Positions 25,480 to 37,463 of a stretch of DNA of 64,000 bases are shown piece by piece; position 1 is the stretch's first letter, and every line of letters starts with the position of its first letter. Source of the stretch: Felis catus (Eukaryota). Made by a program: the position numbers and the translations under genes. A model generated the notes under the pieces. The model was given only the letters and a program-made list of their open reading frames with translations. It was not told the origin of the DNA and made no database searches. The stretch covers positions 204,974,001 through 205,038,000 of the forward strand of contig NC_058368.1 in assembly GCF_018350175.1 (NCBI RefSeq), in the 5' to 3' direction.

Positions 25480-25720
25480 CTCCGAGCCTCGCCTCCGGAT
25501 AGAGGGCGCGGGTTCGCTTCCGCGCTGGGGCCGAGGGCGCGGGGGCCTCCGGCCTGCGTGGCCCCAGCCCGGGGTCCCCGCCGCCGCTTCGGCTCAGCAG
25601 CAGCCGCCGCCGCCGTCGCCGCCGCTCCAGCAGCCGCCGCTGCCGCCGCCGCCGCTCCCTAGACCGCCTCCTCTTCCCATGGCTGCGCCCTGCTTGGCAG
25701 CTCGCGGGCTGTCAGGCTTG
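25480..25720 (-). other. Candidate alternative first exon (middle) carrying the GGC repeat; 5' end approximate
   Basis: Donor GAG|GTACTG at 25480/25479; GGC-rich leader. Confidence 0.5.
25594..25680 (-). CDS. Putative upstream ORF, 28-aa glycine-rich micropeptide MGRGGGLGSGGGGSGGCWSGGDGGGGCC
   Basis: ATG in optimal Kozak context GCAGCCATGG, in frame through the GGC tract to TGA at 25596-25594; no evidence of translation available. Confidence 0.35.
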   Translation of the reverse strand: MGRGGGLGSGGGGSGGCWSGGDGGGGCC

Positions 25721-25796
25721 GGGAGGAGGAGGGGGCGGGGTGAAACGGGAAGGGAGGACGGGAGGGGATGGGTGGGAAACGGCGGCCGCCGCTCAC

Positions 25797-25960
25797 CAGG
25801 GGTCACTCCTGGCCGGGCCTGCCGCCCCCGCGACCCGGGCTGCCGCCGCGAGGTGAAGCGGGAGTTCGGGGCGACCGGTTCGAGACCCGCTGCGGAGGCG
25901 CGGAGCGCCGTCCGGGCCAAGCATTCCGAGCAGCTGGGATGAAGCGTTCCCCGGCGAGGA
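25797..25960 (-). other. Candidate alternative first exon (distal); 5' end approximate
   Basis: Donor CTG|GTGAGC at 25797/25796 in the CpG island. Confidence 0.4.
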
Positions 25961-26800
25961 GTTGGAGTTGGTGCGTGTCACTCTCTTCTGGGCTGCGCGG
26001 CTCCTCCTAGAGGAAAATATTGGTAGTTGCAGGACACTTCCTTCCTCTCCGCCCACCCCTGTTCCCAAAAAGAAGGCAGGACCTAAAAGAGCATGAAGTG
26101 CAGTCAACAAATTGAAAAGAACACTTACAGAAAAGTTAGCTCTCTGCAGGAATGGGAAAAAGACGAGCAGGATAGCTCGGAAAGCGTGATGAGCCAACCA
26201 AACATCGCCTCTCTCCACCTGCAACCAATTTCCAAACTCTTGCTTCCTGGGTAAAAAGATAGTTAAAAGTAGACAGGATCTTATTTTAGAGGTTAGAAAA
26301 CAGAGACAGAGAGATGAGGTAATTTGCCAAAAACACAAGGCTTGTTAGGAGAGACGTCTGTCCCGAAGCCAGAGCACGGGGCTACAGGGTGTCCGGACAC
26401 AGGCCTCAGCCGGAGGACTGTCCTTGTGTATGACTAAGGGAACGCAGTTTAACTGCCCTGCGCAGAACACAGTTCATCTGTCAAATACGAGCCTGTCCAC
26501 CACTTTTCACTGTGGGAAAACAAAGTGACAGGAGAAGTTGTCAAAGTGCTTCAGAAAGTTAATATCGTTGTGCATGAGCATGTCGTTTTGTAAAGCATCA
26601 AACTCCCAATCACCACCACATGCTTTTCTCAGCAGAAAGTACAAAAGTCCAGTTCTAGGTTGTCTGAGATCTGAAGAAGCAGCCAGTCATGCTACCTTTT
26701 TACTATTTACTTTACTACTGACAGCCAGTTATAATGTCGTTTATCTAACAGCTTCTAAACAGCTTGGGCTTACAAAATGACTTTTTTTTTTCTTTTACAG

Positions 26801-26918
26801 GGCTCCAAACACAAAGCCGAGTTTATAACCAGAGAGAAATGTTGAAACAACAATCTAAAGAAACCAAGCTTCTTAGCACTGGAATAAAAGATTCCTGGGG
26901 TGTGGAGAGCAGCACATG
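26801..26918 (+). ncRNA. Candidate internal exon (118 nt) of a divergent lncRNA
   Basis: Acceptor TGACTTTTTTTTTTCTTTTACAG|G at 26800/26801 and donor ATG|GTGAGT at 26918/26919, 0.8 kb outside the CpG island on the opposite strand. Confidence 0.5.
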
Positions 26919-27990
26919 GTGAGTGGTACATGGCAAGTAGTACAGAGAAGGCAAAAGGAAGGAAGGAACTCAGGACCCAAGAATGCATCACATAAGATAC
27001 TCCTATTTTTAAAGGAATCAAAGATATGGAAAATTCTGTTCCTTAAGAGTCCTTTTTGAGTCTCAGCTATGGCTCAACAACCCAAATGTTCCAGGCAAAG
27101 AAGGACAGCCAGAATGAAAGAAGGAGGAAAGATTCTAGAAGGGGTTTGTATCATCACAGTCCTATACCGTGGCAGGAGTCAGGTGGATGTTGATTTTGAA
27201 CCGGTCCTGTTCTATCCCACCTGAGTACAAGGTGTCTCTCCTTCTCTTCTCCAGTCCCTTGATTTCTAGGGTTCCGGGCTCTGCGAGAGCAGTAGGGTGC
27301 TTCCCAGTGTCTAGAGTTTTTAAAACAGGAGTTGCTCACATAGACAAAGATGAGGGCCCAGGCAGGCGGAACTCCTGCTGGGTGTTCTATCCATGCCATG
27401 TCGGCTGAAAGGGCATGAAAGGGCATGACAGGAGGGAGACAAGGCAGTCCTCACGTGCTGACTCCATTCCTGTTTGAGATGACCTTCCGAGTTGGCCCTT
27501 CAGACTCTGGCACCACCACCTTCTCTCTTTATATGCCTTTTCATCCTCTTTCCCCCATCCTCCAGCCCAGGGAATCTTGACATAGCCTAGGAGGTGCCAG
27601 ATGGACTCACAAAATATTTTCTAAGTTCTATTGTTTATGGCCTGAGATGATTTAAGAGCAATGCTATAAAAGAAGGATTGCCTTCTCTTTTTTTCTGGGT
27701 TCAGCAGTAGCCTTCATTCCCTGAGTCAGGAAAATGTGGACTGATTGCTTTGGCTTCTGCTCCATCTTTGGTAAAATAGTCATTGTGCACCAAAGCACAG
27801 GAAAAGACATGTTGGTTAATATAAAATGTTATGGAACTAGATATAGCCTTGCAACTTACACGAAGGGCAGTCTTTAAGTCCCACAAATAAAGGTCCTTGA
27901 TCTCATACATGACTATGTATAGGTCTATAGTGGTATGTCCCTCTTTATATTTTCTAGGTTATGGGGCGAAATGTATCAGGTCTTAGGTTG

Positions 27991-28045
27991 ACTAATATGT
28001 TACTAATATGTTACTAATATGTTACTAATATGACTAATATGTTAC
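27991..28045. repeat. Short tandem repeat, 11-bp unit ACTAATATGTT, about 5 copies
   Basis: Directly visible; one copy is shortened. Confidence 0.9.
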
Positions 28046-29319
28046 AAATTAAGGCATACCAAAGCACACTTGCCTTGTGGAATGTGCAATTGCATCTCCT
28101 CATGCCTTCTCCTCTGCCTGGAATATCCTACTTTGACCGTGTAGGGAAGTTCTCCTTAACCTTCCAATTCCAGCTCAGTTGTGTGGTTTCTCTATAAAGT
28201 CCTTCCTCGCTCTTCCCAAAGGCGGAATTAATGAATTATTTTTGCATCTGCATCCTGATAGGCTTTTATACCTACTTTCATTACAGTTTTTATTGATAGG
28301 TCCACTTTCCCCATTAGTTATGAGACCTCCAAAAGAGGCACAGGTAGTCTTAATATTAGTACCTAAAAAGTCTAGGTTTGTGCCCAGCAAATGGTAAAGT
28401 GCCTGACGAATGCTTAACCAAGTTAAACGAAAATTTATTCCATCCAAATTTGTATCTCAAACCCAGATCTCTATACAGAGCTGCCATGTTCCATGTCTCT
28501 CAAACTTACTTTAAAGGATTTTTTAAAACTAACCCTGAATTCCCATCCACCAGTTTCTTTCATTCAACAGATGTTAGAGAGCATATACCATGACAAATTT
28601 GTTCTAGGAACTTAAGATGCATCAGGGAACAAAACTTATACAGCATCCCCATAAAGACCTTGCCCTCAAGGGGCTTGCATTCTAGTTAGGAGAGACAATG
28701 AACACATTTAAGAAGTAAATCACTGAAGTGCTGATTATAGAGAACTATGGCAGGGTAAGGGGCTGAGGAATGCCAGGTAACAGGTACAAGAATGCTGGGA
28801 ATTCTCTCCTTGCTCAGAACTGAGCAGTGTATTAGAGGAGTCGAGCATGTGATGGTTATGACCACGTTGTAAGCGATCCTTGAGCAGGATAACCTCTCCA
28901 TCCTCATCCCCAACTCCAGCCACAAATGCCTTGGTTGAGAGGATGCAAAAGGAATCATAAAGGGAAGAAAACAACTTAGGAAACTTCCTCTACTGAAAGG
29001 CAACATGGGAAAACCCATTTCACGATCTAGAAATTCTTAGCCGAGACTTATGAGGAGGTCCCAGAACTAGAATTAAAGCTTCAACCCACCACTGATTTTG
29101 TGAATTTCAAAAACAGTAGGTATTTCATTTCAGAGCTCATAAAAGCTAAAAGGAATATGATTGTCTTGACTCTCTGGTGGATTCAGAGCCACCCACAGGA
29201 AAGCTCAGGGCCTGAGCAACACCAGACAATGGACAGACACCTGGTGGAAAGGAACAAAATAAGACAGGTCTCAGTAGAGACTCATGAATGAATGTTCCCT
29301 TTTAAATCATTTCAGTGTA

Positions 29320-29529
29320 GGGTCGCCTGGGTTGCCCAGTCTGTTGGGCAGCAGACTCTTGATTTCAGCAAGGGTCGTGATCTTGTGGTTCATGGGTTCA
29401 CGCCCTGCATCAGGCTTTGCGCTAGCAGTGTGGAGATTGCTTGGGATTCTCTCTCTCTCCCTCTCTCCCAGCCCCTCCCCTGCTTGCATGCTCTCTTCTG
29501 TCTCAAAGTGGGTAAATAAACTTAAAAAA
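29320..29529 (+). mobile_element. Can-SINE
   Basis: Near-TSD AAATCATTTCAGTGTA / AAACCATTTAAGTGTA. Confidence 0.92.
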
Positions 29530-31084
29530 AAACCATTTAAGTGTAAAGATTTAAAAAATAAAAACAATTTTTGAGATTATTTTCCCCCTCCTCCCATCAA
29601 ATGCAAAACCTTGTTTTTAAAAAACATAATAGAAAGTCATCTGGCTTCTGTCTGGATAATTATGTTGATGAGTAACCCACTAACTCCCTTACTGGGAAGC
29701 AAGCATGTTCCATTTTGTGACTACACCATTCGTTAAAAGTACTTTAGCCAGACTCTGCTATTCTATTATTTATACCCAGTTCTATCTCTCAAGCTCATAG
29801 GAACAAAATTAGGCATTTAAATTTATTTTTTTTTTTTTTGAGACACACTTTCACTCATGTCAGTGCAAGTTACTTCTTCTCTGGGCCAAACGTGGCAGAT
29901 CTTTTCGGTTCTTCTCATGCAATGTGGTTTCCAAACCTGACAACATCCTTGTCCTTCACCTTAGTGTGTGCTCTGCTTCATCGAAATCCTTTATAAAGTG
30001 CTGTTCCCAGTATCAAATTCAGTCCCATTATGGACACCACAAGAGAGAGGAGAACCGTGAACTTCCAACTACACCTTCTGGAGTAATGGAAATGGTGGAA
30101 AGAATCCCTGGAGTCTGGCAGATGGGGCCGGAACCCCAGCTCTGACCCAACTTAGCCTACGCTCTAAGGAAGTGAATTTAGCAAACTTAACCTTGATCCT
30201 GGCATTTGTATCTCTTCTTTCCCTCCACATTCAGTCCTTTCCTACTTTTGTCTTCACAGATTATTTTGTTCTTTGTTTCTATACTTCTCATCTTTAAAAG
30301 AGGTGGGAATATAAAAGCAAAAAGGGATGTGAATGAAAGGAACCTGAGGAGGTATGAAAAAGTTTCTCATAGCAACTTTCCTTTATAGAAATTAGGCACA
30401 CAGAATATTCCAATTACTAAATAAACTACCAATCTAATTTGCTTATCAGACTTCTCTGAAAACGACCCAAGGGGAAGAACATTGAATCCTTTGCACATAA
30501 AAGGAACAGACCTACCTACCTACCACCAAGGTTCTACCCAGTGAAATCAGGAGAGGTCAGGGGAGGAGATGTGAGAATTCCTGGCTGGAAATTCCCTTAG
30601 GTATATTGAAGAGAGAGAGGGCTTGCAGGGTAGCAGCATTTTTCTCAAGGTTACCAGCCCTCTGTAGCAATTGCTGAACCAAGCCTATGGTTCTCACCAC
30701 AAGAAAGCACAGTATCTTTAATAAGAAAGTTTGAGGACTAAATAAAATAGGTCTCAGCTATTGTAGACAAATAATAGATTAGAATGTCTGTCCAAATTGC
30801 ATTTGCCTCATAAATTTGTTTCTCATACTTCCCTAATACTCAGTATTCCAAAACATTCACATAAATTATGTCAATTTTTCTTCACAGCAGTTCTGTGAAG
30901 AAGGTGCAATTATCTTCTGTTGATCAGTGAGGAAGCTGGCTTAGAGAAGCAAAGGGACTGGACCAAGCACACAATTAGGCAGATTCAGGTTTGGATGGGG
31001 ACCCAGAGACTTTCTGGGCTGAGTCCATTCTTTGGACTCCTCTACTGCCTCTCCATCTTGTCCATCTTGTGTGTGTGTGTGTGT

Positions 31085-31270
31085 GTGTTTAAATATTAAT
31101 TATAGTATAGTTAAAATACAGTGTTATATTAGTTTCAGGTAAAATGTAATGACTCAACAATTTTATACATTACTCCATGCTCATCGTGATAAGTAAGTGT
31201 ACTCTTAATCCCTTTCACCTATTTCACCCATCCCCCACCGACCTTCCCTCTGGTAACCATCGGTTTGTTT
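31085..31270 (-). mobile_element. Carnivore L1 3' end fragment
   Basis: ATACAGTGTTATATTAGTTTCAGGT...CTCTTAATCCCTTTCACCTATTTCACCCATCCCC...CTGGTAACCATCGGTTTGTT. Confidence 0.75.
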
Positions 31271-32107
31271 TTACCCCAGCAGACCACAAGCATCTGTCTG
31301 AGGCAAAAACTTTAAATTTTTTTCAAATTTCCAGGAACCAAGTTAATAGGGAGTGGTGGGGGGACATAAGCAGTCTATTGCATTTTTAATACCGTTCCAT
31401 GCAGGTTCACCTCTAATATTTGTGGGGTTCAGAGCCAGAAGATAAATGGAGCCCACATACCACAGGTCTAGATATCCAAAAGTGATGGTCAAACTAACAA
31501 ATTGTTGGATACAATATACTCTATCTTCTTATCTTGAGAAATGTACCTTCAAAATGACCTGGGATGACAGATGTGAGTTTGGATTTCTCAGAGTTCTGCA
31601 TCGCCAAGTGGTAATGTGATAAGATCGGCTTGATCTCAGTGTCCATCCTCCCCACTTCTCTTCCCACTCCTGGCTCTCCCTTACACACAGAGAGGTCTCC
31701 TATACATATGTGAAGGACCCTAGTTCACATGTGTAAGCTCTAACCAATCTCTCTCTCTCTTTCCATCCTCAGGACTTCAAGACATTTAGGCTAGGAACTC
31801 CAAAGTCTGAGATATCCAAAGGATAATCTAAAGAAAGCACAGCCCATGGATAGGCAATCTCATTCACCCAAAGGTTCCTTGTCTTGTGAATTAGGACATG
31901 GCCCCAAGAGAGCCAGTGGAAGGACCTTTCTTTCATAGGTCTGAAGGCAGTACTTATTATTTGATTTCATTTAGATGCATGTACATTTCTTTAATAGAGG
32001 CATTGGTCTAAGGGCATCTTGGAAAGGACATCCAGTTGAGGAGCTCAGTGCAGAATGCAGCATGCATTAAGTACTCAGCAAATGCTTGTTTAAAAAATTG
32101 AATTTCA

Positions 32108-32333
32108 GGGGCTCCTGCATGGCTCAGTAGGTGCAGTGACTGACTTCGGCTCAGGTCATGGTCTCGCAGTTTGTGAGTTCGAGCCCCACTTCATCTCTGT
32201 GCTGATAGCTCGGAGCCTGGAGCCTACTTCGGATTCTGTGTCTTCCTCTCTCTCTCTCTGCCCCTCTCCTGCTTGTGTGCATGCTCTCTCTCTCTCTCTC
32301 TAAGAATAAATAAACATTTAAAAATAAAAATAA
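32108..32333 (+). mobile_element. Can-SINE
   Basis: GGGGCTCCTGCATGGCTCAGTAGG head, (CT)n, AATAAATAAACATT tail. Confidence 0.92.
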
Positions 32334-32479
32334 AGCATTGGATTTCATATTTAAGGCAATTTGATGCTCAATATTGAAAACAAACTAAAAGAAAAGCAAT
32401 ATATTACAAAATATATTTGAAATATATACCTAGAAGACACCAACAACCTGATAGTAAAAATGCTTGTATATATGGGAAT

Positions 32480-32830
32480 TTGGGTAATTTGCAAATTTTA
32501 GTCATCGTAAGTAGTTCTCCTATGGACTTCTGATATGTATCTTTTGGTGAGCATTTGTACCCATTTCTATTGGGTACATATAACCAAACGCTGCTCAAAG
32601 TGATTGTATGAATTTGTACATCTGCCAGCACTATATGATAGTGATTGTTCATATCCTCACCAACACTTAATATTTTTCACCTTTTTGGATTTAGTCATTC
32701 TGGTGTCTGTGGAGTAGCACTAAGTATTCTGATTTAAATTAGTATTTTCCTGATGTCTAAGGAAGTTGAGCATCTTTTCATATATACTAGTTACTTGGAC
32801 CTCCGCTTTTTGAAGTGTCTGTTTAACTCT
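32480..32830 (-). mobile_element. Old L1M ORF2/3' fragment
   Basis: CATATCCTCACCAACACTT...TCATTCTGGTG...GTTGAGCATCTTTTCATAT...TTGAAGTGTCTGTT. Confidence 0.6.
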
Positions 32831-34078
32831 TGCCATATGTGTGTGTATGCACACACACACATCATTATTTTTCAGTTATTTGTAAAAATTACATTAAATT
32901 ATTAACTGTGGTTTCCTCTAGGGAGTGAAATTTTTTGGAAAGTGGGAGGTAGGTGGAAGGAATGAAAGAACAAGGTTTTTTATACTTTTAAGCTCTAGTT
33001 TTGTTTTCAATCAGGAAACGTAAAATCTGAATATGCATAACAAAAACCTCATCCATATCAGAAGCTGAATATTTATACAATATTCATATGATACTAAAGC
33101 TCTGTGCTTATGAAGTGCTCAAATGGCAAGTTCCTGTAGTAGATTAGATATAGAATTTGCTTTATAATAATCTGATTCACAAGCAACATTCTACAAATAA
33201 CATCTGTTGTGTGATGTGATACAAGGTACCATCACTAATTAATTATTTTTATACAATAAAAAATATGGATAAATCAAAGCAGTTGATACATAATAATCAC
33301 TTTATTTCTGCTGACTTGAATAAACCAACATATGATGTCAGAATTTTTTAATTTGCCTATATGCCTTATTATCCACTTTATCATTCATTTACCTTATTTG
33401 TCTAATTATTTAATGCTTTTCTAGTTTCCTTATTCTAAACGAGGACTTGAGATGGTTTGCAGAGAAATATATAAGCCATAAAGATGAATAAATAAAACAA
33501 ATGAGAAAATGGGAAAGAAAGGAAAAGAGGGGATAAAACTAACATAACAAACAGGGATACTTAGCCTTTGAAATTCGTATCATAATGTCCTGTTCATTTG
33601 CCAGAAGTCAGACACAATATTGGCTCTGACAATTGGTGACTATAACAAATAAGAAGAAAACTATAACAAATAAAAAACATCTGCAAGGTGTACCCTACCC
33701 ATAGGTGAAAGCCAAGCATTGGAAGGGCATCTTCTTCTAAAACCAATACATTCAAGAAGTTGTTCCTGGAGGTCATCTTACAGGGATTTGACATGGTGGG
33801 CTGGATGATGTATTGGTGATGTATATGATAAGACTGAAGGACCTTCTTTCCTCTGAAAATTTGTGTGGAGATACCCAAAACGGAAAACTTTGCCAGAAAT
33901 TACAGGCAATCTCATACTCACCTTTAACTTCTTTTTAACACAGCCATTGATAACATTTAATTTTAAGAAACAAAGTGTTTACTTCATAGTAACCACAGAA
34001 AGTTTGGTTCAAAAGTTATTTCAATTTGCTAATATCTTAGATTTGAGAATATTGGTGTTTAAAATTTAATTGCCCTCT

Positions 34079-34249
34079 GGGGCACCTGGGTGGCTCAGTT
34101 GGCTGAGTGTCCGACTTTGACTTAGGTCATCATCTCACAGTTCATGAGTTCGAGCCCTGTGTCGGGCCCTGTGTAGTGCCCCTCTCCCACTTGTGCTCTG
34201 TCTCTCTCTGCCTCTCAAAAATAAAGAAATGTAATAAATTTTGTTTTTT
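34079..34249 (+). mobile_element. Internally deleted Can-SINE with 16-bp TSD
   Basis: TSD AAATTTAATTGCCCTC at 34062-34077 and 34250-34265; central segment missing relative to neighbouring copies. Confidence 0.92.
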
Positions 34250-35344
34250 AAATTTAATTGCCCTCATAGTTCATGAAAACATTAAAGAGTCTATGGAACT
34301 ATGTGTTCCAGGGTTTAAACAAAATCCATCCAGATAAGCAAAAACCAAAATGAGCAAGGTATCTGAGATTTATTTATGATTTCCAGCTTTATTGGGATTA
34401 TTTGAAGTAAAAGGCTGATCTATCAACTGCCTTTTCTGGGGTTTATTAAGTTTACTAGAAATATATCAATTGTTTCATCCATGCTTATGACATACAAAAG
34501 AGTTAAACAATTTTAACCACATTTACATGCCTTATACATGATGAATGCTGATTTCATCCTGAAAACTATCAAAATACAACCCAGAACCTGTTTTTTACCC
34601 CTTGAGATCACTATCTGAAAATAATTTTACAGAAATAAACAGCCTCATTAACTTTAAATTATTGTAAACATCCATAACAGGACTGGTAGGATCAGCAGCC
34701 CTACCAGAATTTCTGGACATGAAATTCCAATTTTAAAATCCCTTCTTTTGGTCAAGATTTAATTTGTAGAGTGGTCTTGTCAAGATTCAAATATATTTAT
34801 TTGAGATGAGCAACAAAATTAATTTATTTACTAGAAGTTGTATATGCATTCACAGGGATGAATGAAGTGGTTATACATTTTTAAAACAATTTTTAAAACA
34901 TTTTAAAACCTGTTTCATTTATATTTTCCCCCAATCATTCCACATTTGAGATTGTATGCCAGATATTACATTCATTTATTCCCATTTTTATTAATTTATC
35001 CATATAAATACAAAATTGAGCTGCTGATCACTATGAGATAACATCGAGTTAACACAGTTTCATTCAATAGGGAGGAATTTGGTGTTGTAGATTTTCTATC
35101 TGGTTTTATTATAGGTAGTGTATATTTTGCATTAGAAGAAAGTGACTTAGATATAGATGTAGCTATGTCATAATACTATTTATGTATGCACATTTATTCT
35201 AGAATTTTGCTTTAATTTTGAAATATAATATATCTCTATGGTAAAAAAAACACAAAAGGATATAGAATGAAAAATTATTTGCAACAGATAAAACAGAAGA
35301 AAAATTTAATTAACATAAAAGGAGATCTTAAAAACTGATTTATT

Positions 35345-35562
35345 GGGGCACCTGGGTAGCTTAGTCAGTTAAGCATCCAACTTTGGCTCAGGTCATGATC
35401 TCACAGCTTGTGAGTTCGAGCCTGGCATTGGGCTCTTGGCTGACAGCTCAGAGTCTGGAACCTGCTTCAGATTCTGTGTCTCCCTCTCTCTGCCCCTCCC
35501 CTGCTCATGTGCTCGCTCTCTCTCTCTCTCTCTCTCAAAAATAACATTAAGAAATTTAAAAC
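35345..35562 (+). mobile_element. Can-SINE inserted in an old L1M fragment
   Basis: TSD AACTGATTTATT at 35333-35344 and 35563-35574; flanks are L1-like (GAACATATGAAAAGATGTTCAA). Confidence 0.93.
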
Positions 35563-37238
35563 AACTGATTTATTAAAAATAGACAATCCAATGGAAAAAT
35601 AGGCATTTCAAAGATGATTAAGAAGAGACAATTCAAAGAAAAATAAAAATAAAGTATTATGAACATATGAAAAGATGTTCAAATTCATTTACTGCTAAGA
35701 AAATATAAATCAAAATAATAACTTTAAATCTATCAGATTGGAAAAGATAAACATGTTAATAGCATACATTATTAGTCAAGGTGCAGGGGCAAACACCTTT
35801 TCAGGACAATTTGGCATATCTATAAAATCTTCAGTGCATATATTCTTTTGGCCAGAGATTCCACTTTTAGAGGTATATATTTATAGATAAACTCACAAAA
35901 TTTTGCTAAATTATATGAATGAAAGCAATTTCAAAATAATTCTACATTCTTTACCTTGTAACTTTTTAAAATGGTATATTGTTTTGATACAGAAAATAAT
36001 TTTTATATGGTCATACTTATCCATTTACTTATCACAGGCTATTAGTTACCTTATATAGTCAACTCCTATGAGATAGGACAAAATACCCCCACTTTTCATC
36101 TGAGAAAACTGAGGCTCAGAGCATTTAGCTACTCAGAACGAGAGTAGAGATTTGATCCCAGTTCTAACTGACTTCAAAACCTATGATATTTTCACCATAT
36201 CAAACTCCATTTTGAAAACTTGAAAGATTGAAATCTTGAAGGTAGCTTGGGCATCATCACCACCACTGTTTGAAATCCTACCAGTCTGGGGACTACCAGA
36301 CAGGAAGAAACTACTCTTTGCTAATACACAGTTCCACTAGTGAATTCACTTATTTCATTTCTTAGTTTTTGGTATATCGAGTATGCGTCCAAACCTTGCT
36401 CCACTATAGAATGTTGGAATAAATGAAATCACATTTCCATATTTGGAAATGTATCTCTGAAGATACTAATGTTTTCAGAGATTTCCACATGGGAAATTAA
36501 CACATCAAAACGATAGTGACAGCAAGCACATGGGGAAAAGGACACCCCCTATATAATGATGAGATAGATGGTACGGTTAATAACATTTTTAAAAGGCACT
36601 TTGGCAATAAATATCAAAATTTAAATTCCACGTATCCTTTGCATCATCTCAAAAATAAATAAACATTAAGCAAATTTTTAAACAAAGAATGTTATAGACC
36701 AGTCATCCCTGATATGGGCTGCTGTTAGTGATTAAATAAAAATAATTGCCAAAAAAACCCCTAAAGTATGAGTCAAATTCTATAAAAATGAAGAGCGAAA
36801 TATCTGGTTACCCCAGGGGTAAAAATAGAGGAAGGGACAAGTAGGGAAAGGTGAATGTTCACTCCTTATTTCATATAGTTCTGTGTACTGTGTAAATTTT
36901 TCCCAGTGAGTATGTAAAACTAACAAATCCACTCCTCATATAGTTTTATTTTATGAGCTTTTTTTTCAATGAGCAAGGACAACTTCTGTAATTTTTTAAA
37001 ATGCAATGATTTTTTTAAAGCACGTGATTTTTATGAAGATAAAAGTAGCACATATGCTTTGGTTTAAGAAATAGGTAGTGTAGTCAAGCTGTGTAGACCA
37101 CGTATTGAAATAAACCCTTGAAGCAAACTGAGGATGAAAGCTCACTTCTACTAACACAAAGCATTAGATTAGACAGCTTGTCTTTCAGTAAGAATTGTTT
37201 ACCTTAAAATTTGGCTTTGTTATTAAACCAACTTTCTT

Positions 37239-37463
37239 TTTTTTTTTTTTAAATTTTTTTTTCAACGTTTATTTATTTTTGGGACAGAGAGAGACAGCAT
37301 GAACGGGGAAGGGGCAGAGAGAGAGGGAGACACAGAATCAGAAATAGGCTCCAGGCTCCGAGCCATCAGCCCAGAGCCTGACGCGGGGCTCGAACTCACG
37401 GACCGCGAGATCGTGACCTGGCTGAAGTCGGACGCTTAACCGACTGCGCCACCCCGGCGCCCC
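37239..37463 (-). mobile_element. Young feline Can-SINE (SINEC_Fc-like)
   Basis: CpGs retained; perfect TSD TAAACCAACTTTCTT at 37224-37238 and 37464-37478. Confidence 0.97.

Larger units (their letters stand above)
24330..26010. promoter_or_regulatory. CpG island; probable bidirectional promoter of an unidentified minus-strand gene
   Basis: Sharp rise in GC and CpG content against CpG-depleted flanks; GC boxes (GGGGCGGGG 25732-25740); CCG triplet tract; three minus-strand splice donors. Confidence 0.9.

Noticed and set aside
25594..25612. uORF peptide ends GGGGCC, like a Rab prenylation tail, and starts MG, like a myristoylation site
   Set aside because: Rab geranylgeranylation needs the folded GTPase domain bound to REP; the motif follows trivially from GGC/TGC repeats
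25160..25942. 260-aa plus-strand ORF and other ORFs over the CpG island (including MAAPCLAARG... from 25679)
   Set aside because: Low-complexity translations of (CA)n and CCG repeats; stop-codon scarcity in GC-rich DNA explains their length; no domain recognised
17149..26010. Naming the host gene
   Set aside because: Only non-coding leader sequence is present; architecture alone cannot identify the gene, so no symbol is given
27991..28045. CRISPR-like reading of short repeats (also 53649-53824)
   Set aside because: Mammalian DNA, no unique spacers of regular length, no cas genes
31400..31950. Possible ancient DNA transposon
   Set aside because: It looks repeat-like, but I could not define termini or family with enough confidence
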